From Somniosus microcephalus (Eukaryota), in NCBI GenBank assembly GCA_052327205.1, contig CM126233.1, forward strand, positions 36,890,001-36,954,000: a DNA stretch of 64,000 bases, in the 5' to 3' direction. Below are positions 14,077-26,540 of this stretch, one piece after another. The notes beneath the pieces are model-generated. The model searched no databases. It saw only the letters and a program-made list of their open reading frames with translations, and was not told the origin of the DNA. Within the stretch, counting starts at the first letter, position 1; each line of letters starts with the position of its first letter. Position numbers and translations under genes: made by a program.

Positions 14077-17000
14077 GTAAGGGACAGCGTGGGCGCCGTC
14101 GGGGTCGGGCACAGTTGGTAGTGAAGCACTAACCTTAGTTTGTTGTCACCTTTCAAGTTGATACAGAAAAATGTGTTGGAAGTTTCTGCAAAAAGATGCT
14201 GGCGAGCCGGTGTTTAATGTAATCCGTACTCTGTCCAGAATGGTGTGGAAGTGTTGGCCCCACATTTCTTGTATTCCTGCAGACACTGCAGGCTTTAACT
14301 TCCTCTGGTAAGGCACTGCTTATTGTGTTGGCATACGAGTTCTTTATGCACTCTATTAATGCAGTCAGGACGCTGCAAAGGAATTTTACATGAGTGTCTT
14401 AACCATTGTTGTAACAGAACTTAAATTTGGAGTTCAGGCAGTGGAATACCAAAAGGGCAGAATCACCATACTGTGTAATTATAAAAAGAAACTCCACAAA
14501 TGTTGAAAATCTGAAATAAAAGCTGGAAATACACAATAGGTCTGTTAACATCTGACCAGGAAAAGCAGAGTGTAATGCTCTGGATCAAGAGCAGTAAATC
14601 TCTTTGTCTGTGTAGCTTTCTTTTCTACTTGTTAGAATACGAAATGTTTTTTCAAAAAATACTTCAGACATTAGTTCTGTTTTTCTAAAACACTGCTGCA
14701 ATCAAGTTTGACAAAAAAAAATCTATAGAATGTGTCAAGGAGCCAGTGGACGCTCAATTCTTGAAACTGCTTTAAAAAATTGTAAATTAATTGAGTTTTT
14801 GTAAAATGTGCCGAGGCATGCAAGATACTTTTCTGTTTCAACGCACTAACCACAGGGCTGCATCTCTGAATGCACTTTATCAGATGACTTCTTTATGGCA
14901 GAGATGTCATCATCTACAGGATCAAAAGGCAATTCAAGGGGTTCATGCCAACATATCCCTTGAAAATGTTCAGCAACAGTGAAGACTGCCAGTCTTCTCG
15001 ATTTAACCCTTCTCCCCACTAACTTAATCTGGGGGAAGAAAGAAAACAATGAAGAGGCAAAAGTCTGAGGTGAGAGTAAAAGTTCTATACTATCTCCGAA
15101 AACAATCTGTAGGAAACTCCCATCTCTAAACATGAGACCGGGAAAGGAGAAATAGGTGTTCGCCTCACTTTATTTATTCCTGTATTAGGTTTTGAAAATT
15201 TCTCACAAAATGCTCCTTCAGATATCGAGTTATTCCTACCAGTGGATTTCTAAAGCTGTAACCTGTATGAACCAGAAGGACTCTGGTTTAATCTCCAATC
15301 TCTGGAGTTATTTGATTTCAGCGAGGTGAGGAGTTTGGTACTGCAGATACTGCCAGGTACAACACTGGGTCTTCAATTAACACCACTTCTGGCAAGTACT
15401 GACCCTCAAAATGGGCAACCTCTCTGATAGGAGATTAAAAGCTCAGTGTATGGTGACTTATAACTGACCTTCCCTTCTACTGCTTACATTGGGCAGCGGC
15501 AGCTGTGTACAAATTTTTTTCCTCCCACTCCAGAAAACAAAGTTTATTTTTATTGGAATTGGAGATTTTGTTTTTAGAAAAGCGATTTGTACCCATTCTT
15601 CTCCCTTTCCCCTCACCTGGTTTTTCTCCCTTCCTCTTCTCTACTGACGGTGCTGGCTGTTACTGATGTGCAGTTCGTCCGGTAACTCACCTCAGTGGAC
15701 ATTCACGTGCGAGTTTAGACAGTGAGTGTTAGCAAACAATTCGGGAGGGGGAGGGAAAGAGAGGGAGTAACAGCCGACCTGGATCCTGTCCTATTCCATG
15801 GCTGCACTTCTACTTCCCAGCATGGATCGCTACATTGCAATCTGGGCCGGGGTCCCTGGATTATTTTTCTTGTCCCAGGATTCTCTCTCAGATTAATTTT
15901 ATTGGCTTCATCACTACAGCTGAGAGCCAACTCAGCACAGGAGGGATTGAACCTGGGAACTTCCGAGTCTGTGTGGCTCAGCATTACCCTGGACATTCAC
16001 CCAGCTTGTTACTGATTGAACAGAAATTCTGTGTGTATCGCTGACCAGCTTACTACAAGAATTGCAAATTAGACAACTTGCATGCATTAATGCCAAGACT
16101 AGATGTTAGACAGTATACTTATCTATTAATAAACCATTTGACAGCTGGAGTTTCTCTCTGATCTGTGCATTTTCAAGTTTTACCAGCTGAAGAAATAGTG
16201 ATTGGAAGGATTTCTTTAAACTGCTGTTCCTCCATTGTGCTGGACAGTGTCTGACTTTGGTACATCACTTAGAAACCCGAGTACCATTGATGTGCCCAGT
16301 GAGTTACTGAGAGTGTCGCCATGAGGGACGCCACAGATCGGTTTGATACCTGGTTTAAATTCTGAACAGAATGCAGTCTCTCACTATAGTGGTTTTGAGA
16401 GACATGCAACTTGCCATCAGGCAATGGCTAGGGCAATGATTTGTTCCACCATTTGCTTTAATGTCAGAAACTGGCATTTCACTGCTTCGGGGGCTTTTTA
16501 TGCACAATTGTGGTACTTGGGCAGTATATCACACTGCAAGTGGTAAGTGTAGAAATTCATGGGATGTTGTACTGCACAGAATCATTTGCCCTAATGATGG
16601 CACACTCACGACCATGTAGACTACCACTTAGACTACCCTGCTATGTCATTTCACAAATAAGCCATCATAAAATACACTGTGGGTGGCTGCAAAGACAAAT
16701 ATCAAGTTTTGAATTAAGTTGGTTGGCTTACAGAAGTTGGGTGATGCATGTCCCTTGCAACATAAACCATGGTAAGGGTGACTTCTGGCTAGACTGCCCC
16801 AGGACCTGATCAAGTCCCACAAGCATTAAACTCCATCTAGTGGTGGTAAACTTGAACTTGCAGCATTACAATTTATTTTATAGGTCCAAAGGCATTTACA
16901 GTGGTATTTTTGAACATGTCCCCTATCAGACCTTGGAATTTTTGCAATCTGAGATTGACCTATTTCTGTAAGTCAGACAGTTTGTGAGCAATTTAATGTT

Positions 17001-18423
17001 TATTGCAAGTGAATGCCCATATTGTATTAGTATGATGGTTTATGTAGGCTTTGGTTAGCTATTTCTCACTTTAATCAGTGCACTTCTGCCCTTCCAGAGC
17101 TGGGGAGATGCATTTATTTTACAGAAAGACGCATCATCATGCTGTGGCAGCTGGTCCGCACTCTGAATGCTCTGCCTAGTGCAGCCTTGCTCTGCATAGG
17201 TCTATTCCTGCTCCAGATGTAGAACACTGCTCTTTATATCTTCAGCTCTATGTAGAATAACCTCTCTTTCTTCCACCTCCTCTGTGCTTAAGATCAGCAA
17301 ATTAAAATACCTTTGTGAAAACTGACAGATTCAGTAGCCTTTCCTTATGAATAACCATACAGTTCCAATAATTTAAAACTGAAGCTACTGAAGAAAAAAC
17401 TAGTGCCCTAGTTTGAAATGTATGCACATGATTCTGTAAATGGCCGTCTATTGGGTATCATAAAAAGCCAACCCTATTAGGTTTCCATTGTACATTACAT
17501 CATTTCTCCAGTTTCCTTTCCTTTCTTTCCACCTCTCTCCTGAAGACGCTGACTCATACTTGGGAATATGGTGCCACGGGCAACAGCAGCCCTCTGTAAC
17601 CTCACCCAAGTAGCCATTCTTCATGTGCAAGCCCAGATGGCAAGTTTTGGTAGACTCTTCAGCTGTGGGAGGTGTCACACTTCAGCCTGCTCCTATCCAC
17701 GGCTGATATCCACACATGCACCACTGTTTTGGCTATGTAATTCAGCATCTTATTGGCTTTGTTAATCCACCGTCTTCGTTTAAGATAGTTTCATCAGGTC
17801 TATGTGAGACTTTCTGGTGGTTGAAAATCGCTCGAGTGTTGTAGCTGTTGGTAAAGACGACTGGGATCTGTAGACAAAAATTGGGGCACTAGTAGTTTCA
17901 TTTTGAAATTTAAAATGTTGGGTTTTTAGGCCTCCCTTCAGAGAACTTAATGCAGAGGCATGGTTTATAAAGAGCCTATTAACCTAGATGGAAAGTGATG
18001 AAACCCTTTTTAAAAAGTGTATTATTTGTGTCTCTGGTTTTTAAATACATTAAAAACAAATCGAGTCGTTCATTTCACTGCTGGTAGTATTTTGATTAGT
18101 GCTGATTTTCTGAAATAGATAGTCCACTCCCACAGTATGTAAACTCTGCCTTTCTCTTCCACTGCCTTTCTCTTACACTGAAGTGCATAGAGATTTTCTG
18201 CAGTTCACCAGAGATTTAACCCATTATCACTAAATTAGACAGCAAAACAGACTCATTTTCTAACAACGGAATAGATATTAATGATTAAATGTGCTTCACA
18301 ATAATTGTGGTGTTTGGATTCTTGTAGAAATTTCTCAACCTTTTCAAATTCCTGTCTGTTATGAATATCTCTACCTTGTATCTCTTTTATTTTTTTTCTT
18401 TTGTTTTTATTTTGCTTCCCAAG

Positions 18424-18543
18424 GGCATGATGATGCTGTTCCATTCCCGGTTTTGAAAAGTGTCGATAGTTTTAGCTTTCTGCATCACCCAGTCCATCAG
18501 AGGAGTTTAGAGATTCTCCAGAGGTGCAAGGAGGAGAAGTACA
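18424..18543 (+). CDS. MYO9A: Myosin IXa exon (loop 2), (G)HDDAVPFPVLKSVDSFSFLHHPVHQRSLEILQRCKEEKY(S)
   Basis: Long pyrimidine tract, cccaag| and |gtaagg; 120 nt, phase 1 to 1. HPVHQRSLEILQRCKEEKY matches recalled MYO9A. Confidence 0.95.
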
Positions 18544-21028
18544 GTAAGGCTCCGAATCCAGCAATACTCTGACATTCCACTTACCCGCAGGAAACGGGAG
18601 TCCAAGAGCATTCACTCGGGGCTAGTGGTCTTCATTATATATAATATATCAAAAATTGTTGCTGATCCTGCCAGCTCGCTGAGGTTAACACTTCCAGTAT
18701 TGCCAAAGTGAGGGCAAAGGGAGCACTATGCTGGACTGTGTTTTAAAACGATCCAACCGGGTACTTGTGGCCTCACCAGCTGCTCACAGTGGGTAATGAA
18801 GACCACTGACTTGAAGCCAAACAACACCAAAGGATTCTGGGATGTTAGTGGTTTCTAAACCACACACTTTAATAAAGAAGGCACATTACATATTTAAAAA
18901 GAAAAACTAAGGGTAAATAATCCAAATTTCTTATGTACTCCAATTGACTTGCAGCGGATGAAATGAGAAACAGGTTGTGACTTTCCTTTGCAAAAATTCT
19001 GCAGTAAACTCCAAGTGTGTAAACCTCAGATTATTTTTTCCACACCTTTGCCCTGTATTTTCAGACACAGTGTGAATATACATCCCACAGTTCTTTGGCT
19101 TTGCTGATCGAGTGAATGGTGTTGGTCTCAATGTCCTGTCTGTGTCCATTTTCCCAGCTCTCCTTTATGTGTGTCGACTAACATTAGTTCTGCATGACCT
19201 AAGCTGGTCTCCCTGCCTGAGCACTAATCATTTCAGCTGACTCTCTTAATTTCAGTCAGGCAGCACCAGCAGCAACGCACCTCACGACTTGTGTATGAAA
19301 GCATTCATTGAGAAAATGACCGATGTGAAATGGTTAGCTCTTCTCTTTTTGGAGTGTGGCAGACCCCCCACCCCCCTCTGTTAAAGCTTGTTTTTTATTA
19401 AGCTGATGAGCTGTGTGTGTTCCAGATTGGTTAGCTTGCAATCCAGTGTGTCGCTTTTCCATACTGGGAGGATCGGGGCTTGCAGTTCATTTTACCATTG
19501 ATGAAATTTCATTGAAAACCCTAATGACTACACATAATAAGTGACAAAAATATTAAAACATTATTTTAATTTGAAGTTTTAGTGTCTTATTTTAGAAATT
19601 TCCATTCAGTGTGGCCTAAAGCCTTGATGAGATGTGAGAATTATGCACAAAATAGAGTATGGGTACCACAGTCAGCAGGTGAAGTTTTAACTTCTCAATC
19701 CAATTGAGATTTCCCAGAACTAAAATAAATAGGGTTACAAAGGTGCTCTGTGTTTTGATGCAGCACATTGTCTGTCTTGTTAATCCCCAAGTAAATCCCC
19801 TTTGTACAGATCCAGAGTTCTTCAAGATTAAAATCAATTTCCCAACTCCCAGCTGAGAAGCTGACACCGCCCACGTAGCTACGTACCCAGGGAGATCTGC
19901 TTTATGGGGAGTGATATCCTGTTCCTTATTAGTGGGGAGGGATGGGTGTTCATTATTGGGAAAGGACAGACATGTATTCATCGTGGGAAGGGGTGGCCGT
20001 GTGTTCATTAGTAGGAAGGGACTGCCTCCTGTTTGATTTTTCCCCCCTAATTGTAAGCCAGCTTCTTTTGAAGTTTGTCCAGAAAGTATTAATTTGAATG
20101 TGAGCCAGGCTGGATGCCAAACTCCGCTCTTCTGAGTGTTTTGATGCTGAACGGGTTTCAAAACATTTCCTCTTCAAACATAAAAGTTCAATACATCAAG
20201 TAAGAATTGTATGACAAAAGACTTTGTTAAATTGGTGACCAGAATTGTTGGCCAAGTTTAGTGATGTATTTTTGTTCTCTAAATTGGTTTGATCCTAGTC
20301 AGTTGGGATAGTTAACAGTTCCACTTTAATAAAATTGGAGCATGGAATGTACTCTCTTCTGACTTGTCAAGATCTGAGCTTTTATGCCTATTCGGTCAAG
20401 TGGGATTTGTAGGGTGCGAGTGAGAGCCTTCAGTTTGAGATGAGATAGGCAGAGAATATGATTAAATAAGCTTCCTTCTGTTCACTTTGGAGCCCTTATT
20501 TCTGTTGGTACGATTGCTAAATGGGGGATGTGTGATGCTCCATAAACGTTTTTGCTGCTCCCCTTGCTTCTGGTCTTGTAGCCTCATTGACCAGTGTTTT
20601 TTGTATGAGTTTGTAATGTTTGTTCAGCTTCCTGCCTTTAGCCTGTGCTTTCTATAGGTTAGGCACTAAGTATCTAAAGGCTCTGGCTGTGATTTAACTC
20701 TTCTAGGAAGAGAAATAAAATCTTGCAATGGTACGGGGGTATAAAACAGCAGATTCTAACACTTGCTTGACGTACCAGGACATAATTTGACAGCTTTTTT
20801 TTGCTTTCTGTTTTTGATGTAATTGCTTGTTCCAGTTCCCCCCACCCCGGCCATGCCTTGTATGGAGTGATTCTGCATTGTACCTGCAGAGGTGCTGCAG
20901 CAATACTTCAGGTTGTCCCTGCTAATCTGCCTGCAGCATGCTGCAACAATGCATGCTTCACTTTTGCTGCTGCTAGTTTCTCTCTGATCAACTACAGTAC
21001 CATTTTAGCACTTGTTTTGCTGTGATAG

Positions 21029-21104
21029 GTATTACAAGGAAAAGTCCCAGGACACCGTTGTCTAATTTGCAAGGAACAAACACCATCAATGACAAATCAC
21101 CACG
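21029..21104 (+). CDS. MYO9A: Myosin IXa exon (loop 2), (S)ITRKSPRTPLSNLQGTNTINDKSP(R)
   Basis: gatag| and |gtaagg; 76 nt, phase 1 to 2. Matches recalled ITRKNPRTPLSDLQG. Confidence 0.93.
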
Positions 21105-23819
21105 GTAAGGACTTATTTATTTGTTTGCTTAAATCTGTGGCAGTGTTTTTTAATGCTAACAAATCCAAGTTGTTTGCCATATTGTTTAAATGCTAGTTGC
21201 TGCAAATAAATTTTTACTGTGGGTTTCTGGTGCTAAATATTAGAAAGAAAATTTGAGAAAACATCTTTGACATGAATCTAGTCATTCATGTGAAAATGAC
21301 TTATGAAATGATACTGGGCGGCCTGCTGGTGGCGCTGTCCAGGGAGAGTATAAATACTCAGGCACGGGCCCAGCTTGCTCAGGACATTCTTTAACAGGAA
21401 CTAGTGAAGGACACAATTAGATCTCCATGTTGAAAAACAGTTGATTAAAGCCTTGTTTAATACTCAGACCAAGGGCCTGTAGTTTTCTTACGTCAATCTT
21501 AAGATACAGCATTCCTGGAATGCGAACTTTTAAATGTGATTCTCATTTGATGCAGGTAAACTGCAATAGCTAAGAGTGTTAATCTTAAGGTTAGTAATTT
21601 AAACTAAAATGCGGGGGTTGGGGGTGGTTTGGAGTGGGGGGGGAAGAAGCACAACCCAAATGATTTTGCTTCTAAAATGAGTTACTGGCAGTGGGTTGGA
21701 CACTGGCCTCTCACCACTGATACCTGGATTAAAATCCGTCTCAAAGAGGTGAAGGTTACTCCTCTCGCTGGCTGCAAAGGATTGATGTGAAATGCGTTTG
21801 AACAGTTTCCACATCTAACTATTGCTGCATCTGACCTGGGAACGCTTGTTGCTATCACAGAGTGGCCAGCATTAATCATCTTCACCTCGGTGAGTTCAAA
21901 ATTCACAAAGAAGTGAAACTTGAGAGAAATGTTTAATGCGTTTAAATGTTTAAAAAATAGTAATTAATTGCTTTGGTACTTTGTGCTTTAAGTGATGGGC
22001 TGGAGAGCAGGAATTCTATACAGTAGGAGTGAATGAGAAGAGTTTGGTGTGTAAATTCTCTGCTTGGATCAGAATAGTATCTGGAGATTACTGTGCTGTT
22101 ATATATGTGGTTATGTATTGTATACACATCTGTACGCTATTGGTGTTGGATAATAAAAACAAAAAATGGTGGAAACCTGCAATGTGTCTGTTAATATCCG
22201 AAAGAAAAAGGTTACAATTTTGGTTGGGACCCTTTGTCAGTATGAGTTTACGGAGATTCCCATTTATGACATTTAAAAAAAATTATGGGCTATGTGTGCT
22301 GCATGAGCAAACTGATGGAGTGGAAGGGCCTGAGTTTATTTTGCCTGTCATTATCTAGTAATAAAAGGTAATGATGATCATTGTGCTTGGGTCAGTGACT
22401 TCTTAAACCTATTGCAGAGGTACAACTTCAGAAAGCATATCTTGTTCCGAGAGCCCCTTAGAAAACTGCACGTGTGACTAATTTATTCATCACACTTGGG
22501 CTGAGCCACTGGAAGTCTGAATCAGTTTTCAGGCCCATTTACAATATGGTGGCAGCGATTCCCCTGGCACCAGATTTACATCTATTTATTCCGTGGCGTG
22601 GATTTGGCAACTACCATCTACTGCAAAGGCATGTTTCCACCTTGCTCAATCCTGCTTCCCTGGTATTGACGGACGGTTTATACAGGCCAGCAACGTGAAA
22701 ACTGCGTTGCTGGGTGTCCAGAGTCAAATTAGTGGAGGAGATGCGAGTGGCTGCAGTGGTGTCCTTTTACCTTGGGCACCACTGATGCTTGCTGTTGGAG
22801 GTGTACAGGTTTGGGAACCTCTACTGGCACTGGTACCTTGGTCGTTGCGCTATAAGGTTTCTTCAGAAGGCGTACTTGTCATTGAAGGCAGTCCTGGAAA
22901 GAAAAGGAAGTGGAATATTTAATCAGTTTGGCATTAATTAAAAAGCACAAGGCTGTGGAGCAGCAAATGTGGGTAAATCCTGATCAGCTTTGAAATACCT
23001 GCCAGCTTTCAAATATGATTGCCGTACCAAACTCTACAGGAAAAACTTGATATTCATCATGAAAAGTGAACTTTCTTCCACCACTGGTGCTTGACAGTTG
23101 CCACTGAACTGAAAGGAACTGTTGTTTGCTGCAGACTTCAGCTGATTTGGAATCAGTAAACCTTTCACCTTAAAAGCAGGAACAATAATTTTTGAGTTGG
23201 GTGGGAATAACCATTTTCTTTTAGTTTTGAATGCTGCGTTTATTTTAAACCATGACAAACAATAGAACTGGTATATTTTAAAACTTGGGTAGCCTAGAGT
23301 GGTAGGACAAGACACGCCAGACAACAGCAGTGGCCGATGTCGAACAACAGCTCTTGTTTGAGGAGTGAAATGTAGGAGTGTTTCAATGTACACTACATCG
23401 ACAAGGCCAATGATGCACAGCTGTAACCTTCCTTCTTTCAAGGATTTTGACACTTTTGCTGGGTGTGGCGAAGCTGGCAAGGCTCAATTTATTGCCTATC
23501 GAGCATGAGGAGTCAATCACAAAGTGTGGGCTGAAGCCAAATATAGGCCTGTTTTCTTCCCATTATTGAAGACATTAGTTTTTCTGACAGCTTTGATGGT
23601 CATTCTCCAGCACCATAACCACTGCATGACCATATCCCTATACCTGTGTAATCGAACGCAAAGAAAATCAGCCAGAGGTCACCATCCTGGGTCGCTATCC
23701 TGTTAGTGATGCTGGGAGGTGCTTGTGTGTAGCTATCAGTTCAGCACAGGATCACTTCGGCATCGATGGTCTCCCATAGTCAAATAGCCTGCCGTGCTCC
23801 CTGCCTTGCGACTAACAAG

Positions 23820-24790
23820 AGAATAGAATCATGGAATAGAAATTTACAGCACAGAAGGAGGCCATTCGGCCCATCTTGTCCGTGCCGGCCGACAAAGAGC
23901 TATCCAGCCTAATCCCACTTTCCAGTTCTTGGTCCGTAGTCCTGTAGGTTACGGCACTTCAAGTACATATCCAAGTACTTTTTAAATGTGATGAGGGTCT
24001 CTGCCTCTACCACCCTTTCAGGCAGTGAGTTCCAGACCCCCACCGCCCTCTGGGTGAAAAAAGTTCTCCTCAACTCCCCTCTAAACTTCCGACCAATTAC
24101 TTTAAATCTGTGCCCCCTGGTTATTGACCCCTCTGCCCACCTGACCAGTCCATTGATGCCTGTCTGCAGCTTTCTTCTTCGTTATCTGCCACACGGCCAA
24201 TTTATGTATCATCTGCAAACTTCTTAATCATACTTCCTACATTCAAGTCCAAATCATTTATATATGCCACAAAATGCAAGGGACCCTGCGGAACCCCACT
24301 GGAAACAGCATTCCAGTCACAGAAACACCCATCGACCATTACCTTTTGTTTCCTACCTCTGAGCCAATTTTAGATCCAACTTGCCACTTTGCCTTGGGTC
24401 CCATGGGCTTTTACTTTCAGGACCAGTCTGCCGTGCGGGACCTTATCAAAAGACTTGCTAAATTCCATATGGACGACATCAAACGCACTACTCTCGTCAA
24501 CCCTCCTTGTTACCTCCTCAAAAAATTCAATCAAGTTAGTCAGACACGACCTTCCCTAAACAAGTCCATGCTGACTGTCCCTGATTAATCTGTGTCTTTC
24601 TAAATGAAGATTTATCCTGTCCCTCAGAATTTTTTCTAATAATTTTCCCACTACTGAGGTTAGGCTGACCGGCCTGTAATTACTCAGTCTATCGCTTTCT
24701 CCCTTTTTAAACAACAGTACCACATTAGCAGTCCTCGAGCACACCTGTAGCCAGAGAGGATTGGAAAATGGTTAGAGCCTTTGCTATTTC
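23820..24790 (-). mobile_element. CR1 LINE fragment with internal deletion
   Basis: RT remnant NYRPVSLTSVVGKLLEKI (ORF 24556..24744); CR1 3' end at left; near-identical 3' part at 50567-50900. Confidence 0.9.
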
Positions 24791-25124
24791 CTCTCTTAAT
24801 AATGGCTACCTGGATGAGGTACCAGAGGGTCCATGGAACCATACCCCAGCAAAGCCTACATCTTCAGAAAAGCAAGAAACAAAAAATAGGATCCAGGATG
24901 ATGCTTTAATGCAGCATGCCACTCGAGGTTCTTAATGCCGTGGGGGAGAGCTGAAATAATGCAGTATTTCAGCTGAATGATGAATCTATAGGCCAGTGGC
25001 ACATGCAATCCTCACAGTGAATAATCTACTGGCTCATAAGACTTGGTAATACATTTTTAAATCTGATGTTAATTATTGATACCAATTTTATACTTTATAT
25101 GGATCTATTTGGCTTGGTGTACAA

Positions 25125-25982
25125 TCTACAGCAAACCCACTTCCTGCAGTGTTCCCGAAGGGGTGACGGAAAGTATTTGTGAGCTGGTAAGTTTGGACAC
25201 AATGGCCCTGATAAATACTGGGGCAAGGTTTCCAAGCGGGGGCAAGAGTTCTTGTTGGCAAACACGGATGTCCGGGTTTCCCTGAACGCTGTGGAGTTTG
25301 TGCTTTTTTTTAAGCAGGTTCCCCACCCAGCGGTCAGGCTGATGGGCAGGCTTGGCTCGCTGTCGGGTGGGGAATGCTGCAGAAGAGGCTGTAGCCCAGG
25401 AGCCGGTAGGGTTCCTGCTCCTCAGGGTAGAGATCATAATGAGGGGTTGGGGGGTTGAGTACAGCGTGGTTTGAAGGTTTTGGGAGGGTGATCGCGGGCG
25501 GGGAGCGTTGGAGAGAGATCGGGGGCAGAGAAGCTGGGATGGGGTCAGTGATCGCGGGGGGTGGGGTGGGTTCTGAATGCAGAGGTCGGTCTGATCGCGG
25601 GGGGGCAGGAAGCAGGTTAGGTCGGGGGGAAGCATCCCTGCTCCTCCTGGCCCACAAGTAGTGCTGGTGAGGCACTTAACCTGTTCCATACATTAGTCCT
25701 CGCCTTCCTTTAGCTGCCGGGTTTCCCGAGGCCCGGGAAACCCGGCCGACCAGCGTTAAAGCTGGAAGGGAGATAAAATATAAGGCATGCAGCCTCATTA
25801 AAATATTTAAATGAGCCACCCGCCTCCTGGGAACGTGTTGGTTGTTCGCCTTCCAGTTCCACCTCTGTTAAAAATGGAAGTTGGCTGGTTCGAGGTGGGT
25901 TGGGTTTGGGTTTGCGTTTTTGTAAATTTTAACATCCCACCCGATCCAATCCCACCATTTTTGGGGGTTAAAATGACCCCCA
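25125..25982. mobile_element. GC/CpG-rich non-autonomous element, probably a DNA transposon derivative
   Basis: Sharp GC/CpG rise, degenerate inverted arms, internal perfect hairpin at 25716-25746. Similar GC-rich inserts at 27578-28240, 37600-38260 and 53690-54460. Paired TIRs not confirmed. Confidence 0.5.
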
Positions 25983-26540
25983 ATTATAAAGTTCCACAAA
26001 TCAATATTGATTATAGTTTCTTCAGTATGGGAAAAAACTTTGACTGTGTCACAATACTTCTAACTAGATTGTGTACCGTGCAACAGTTACACCAGCAATT
26101 TTGTATTAATGATCTCTCGCGTTTTCCTCCTTGAGGTTTTTTAAAAAATAGTTTTAAACTTTTAATTGGCTCAAGTTGAGTTTTGAATTTGAGAGCCAAA
26201 CCAGACCATTGGTTTGGCGCAACCTTGGGAATCTCTGGCTGCCCTACCTTTAGTGTTTGTACAGTCTGCGCCACTTAACAGCATATTGGTTTATACCCAT
26301 TCATCTCTTTTTAAACCCACAGATTCTGCAGTCCACTGCTCTGTTCACTGTATATGCAATTTACAGTCTTCCCCGACTCAACCGGCCCTTTGTATAAATG
26401 TGCTGGCTTGCAGTGGACTTTGGTTTCACAGTAACCATTCTTGTGTGACCCTGAACAGTGAGTGTCAATGGGCTGTTTCACGGTAGGGGCCATCACAGCC
26501 AGGCCTGACCCTGTCTTCACCCAATGTCCACACAAACTTT

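Noticed and set aside
14856-15069. Exon-like segment with ACTAAC/CAG and gag|gtgaga
   Set aside because: Stop after four codons in phase 1, 214 nt, no myosin similarity; only RNA data could rescue it as a poison exon.
16828-16846. CTCF-like motifs (also ~21322 and ~62974)
   Set aside because: Short matches expected by chance in 64 kb; not supportable without chromatin data.
19925-20025. ~26-bp degenerate tandem repeat within ORF 19616..20161
   Set aside because: About four decayed units and no recognisable protein; ordinary minisatellite decay.
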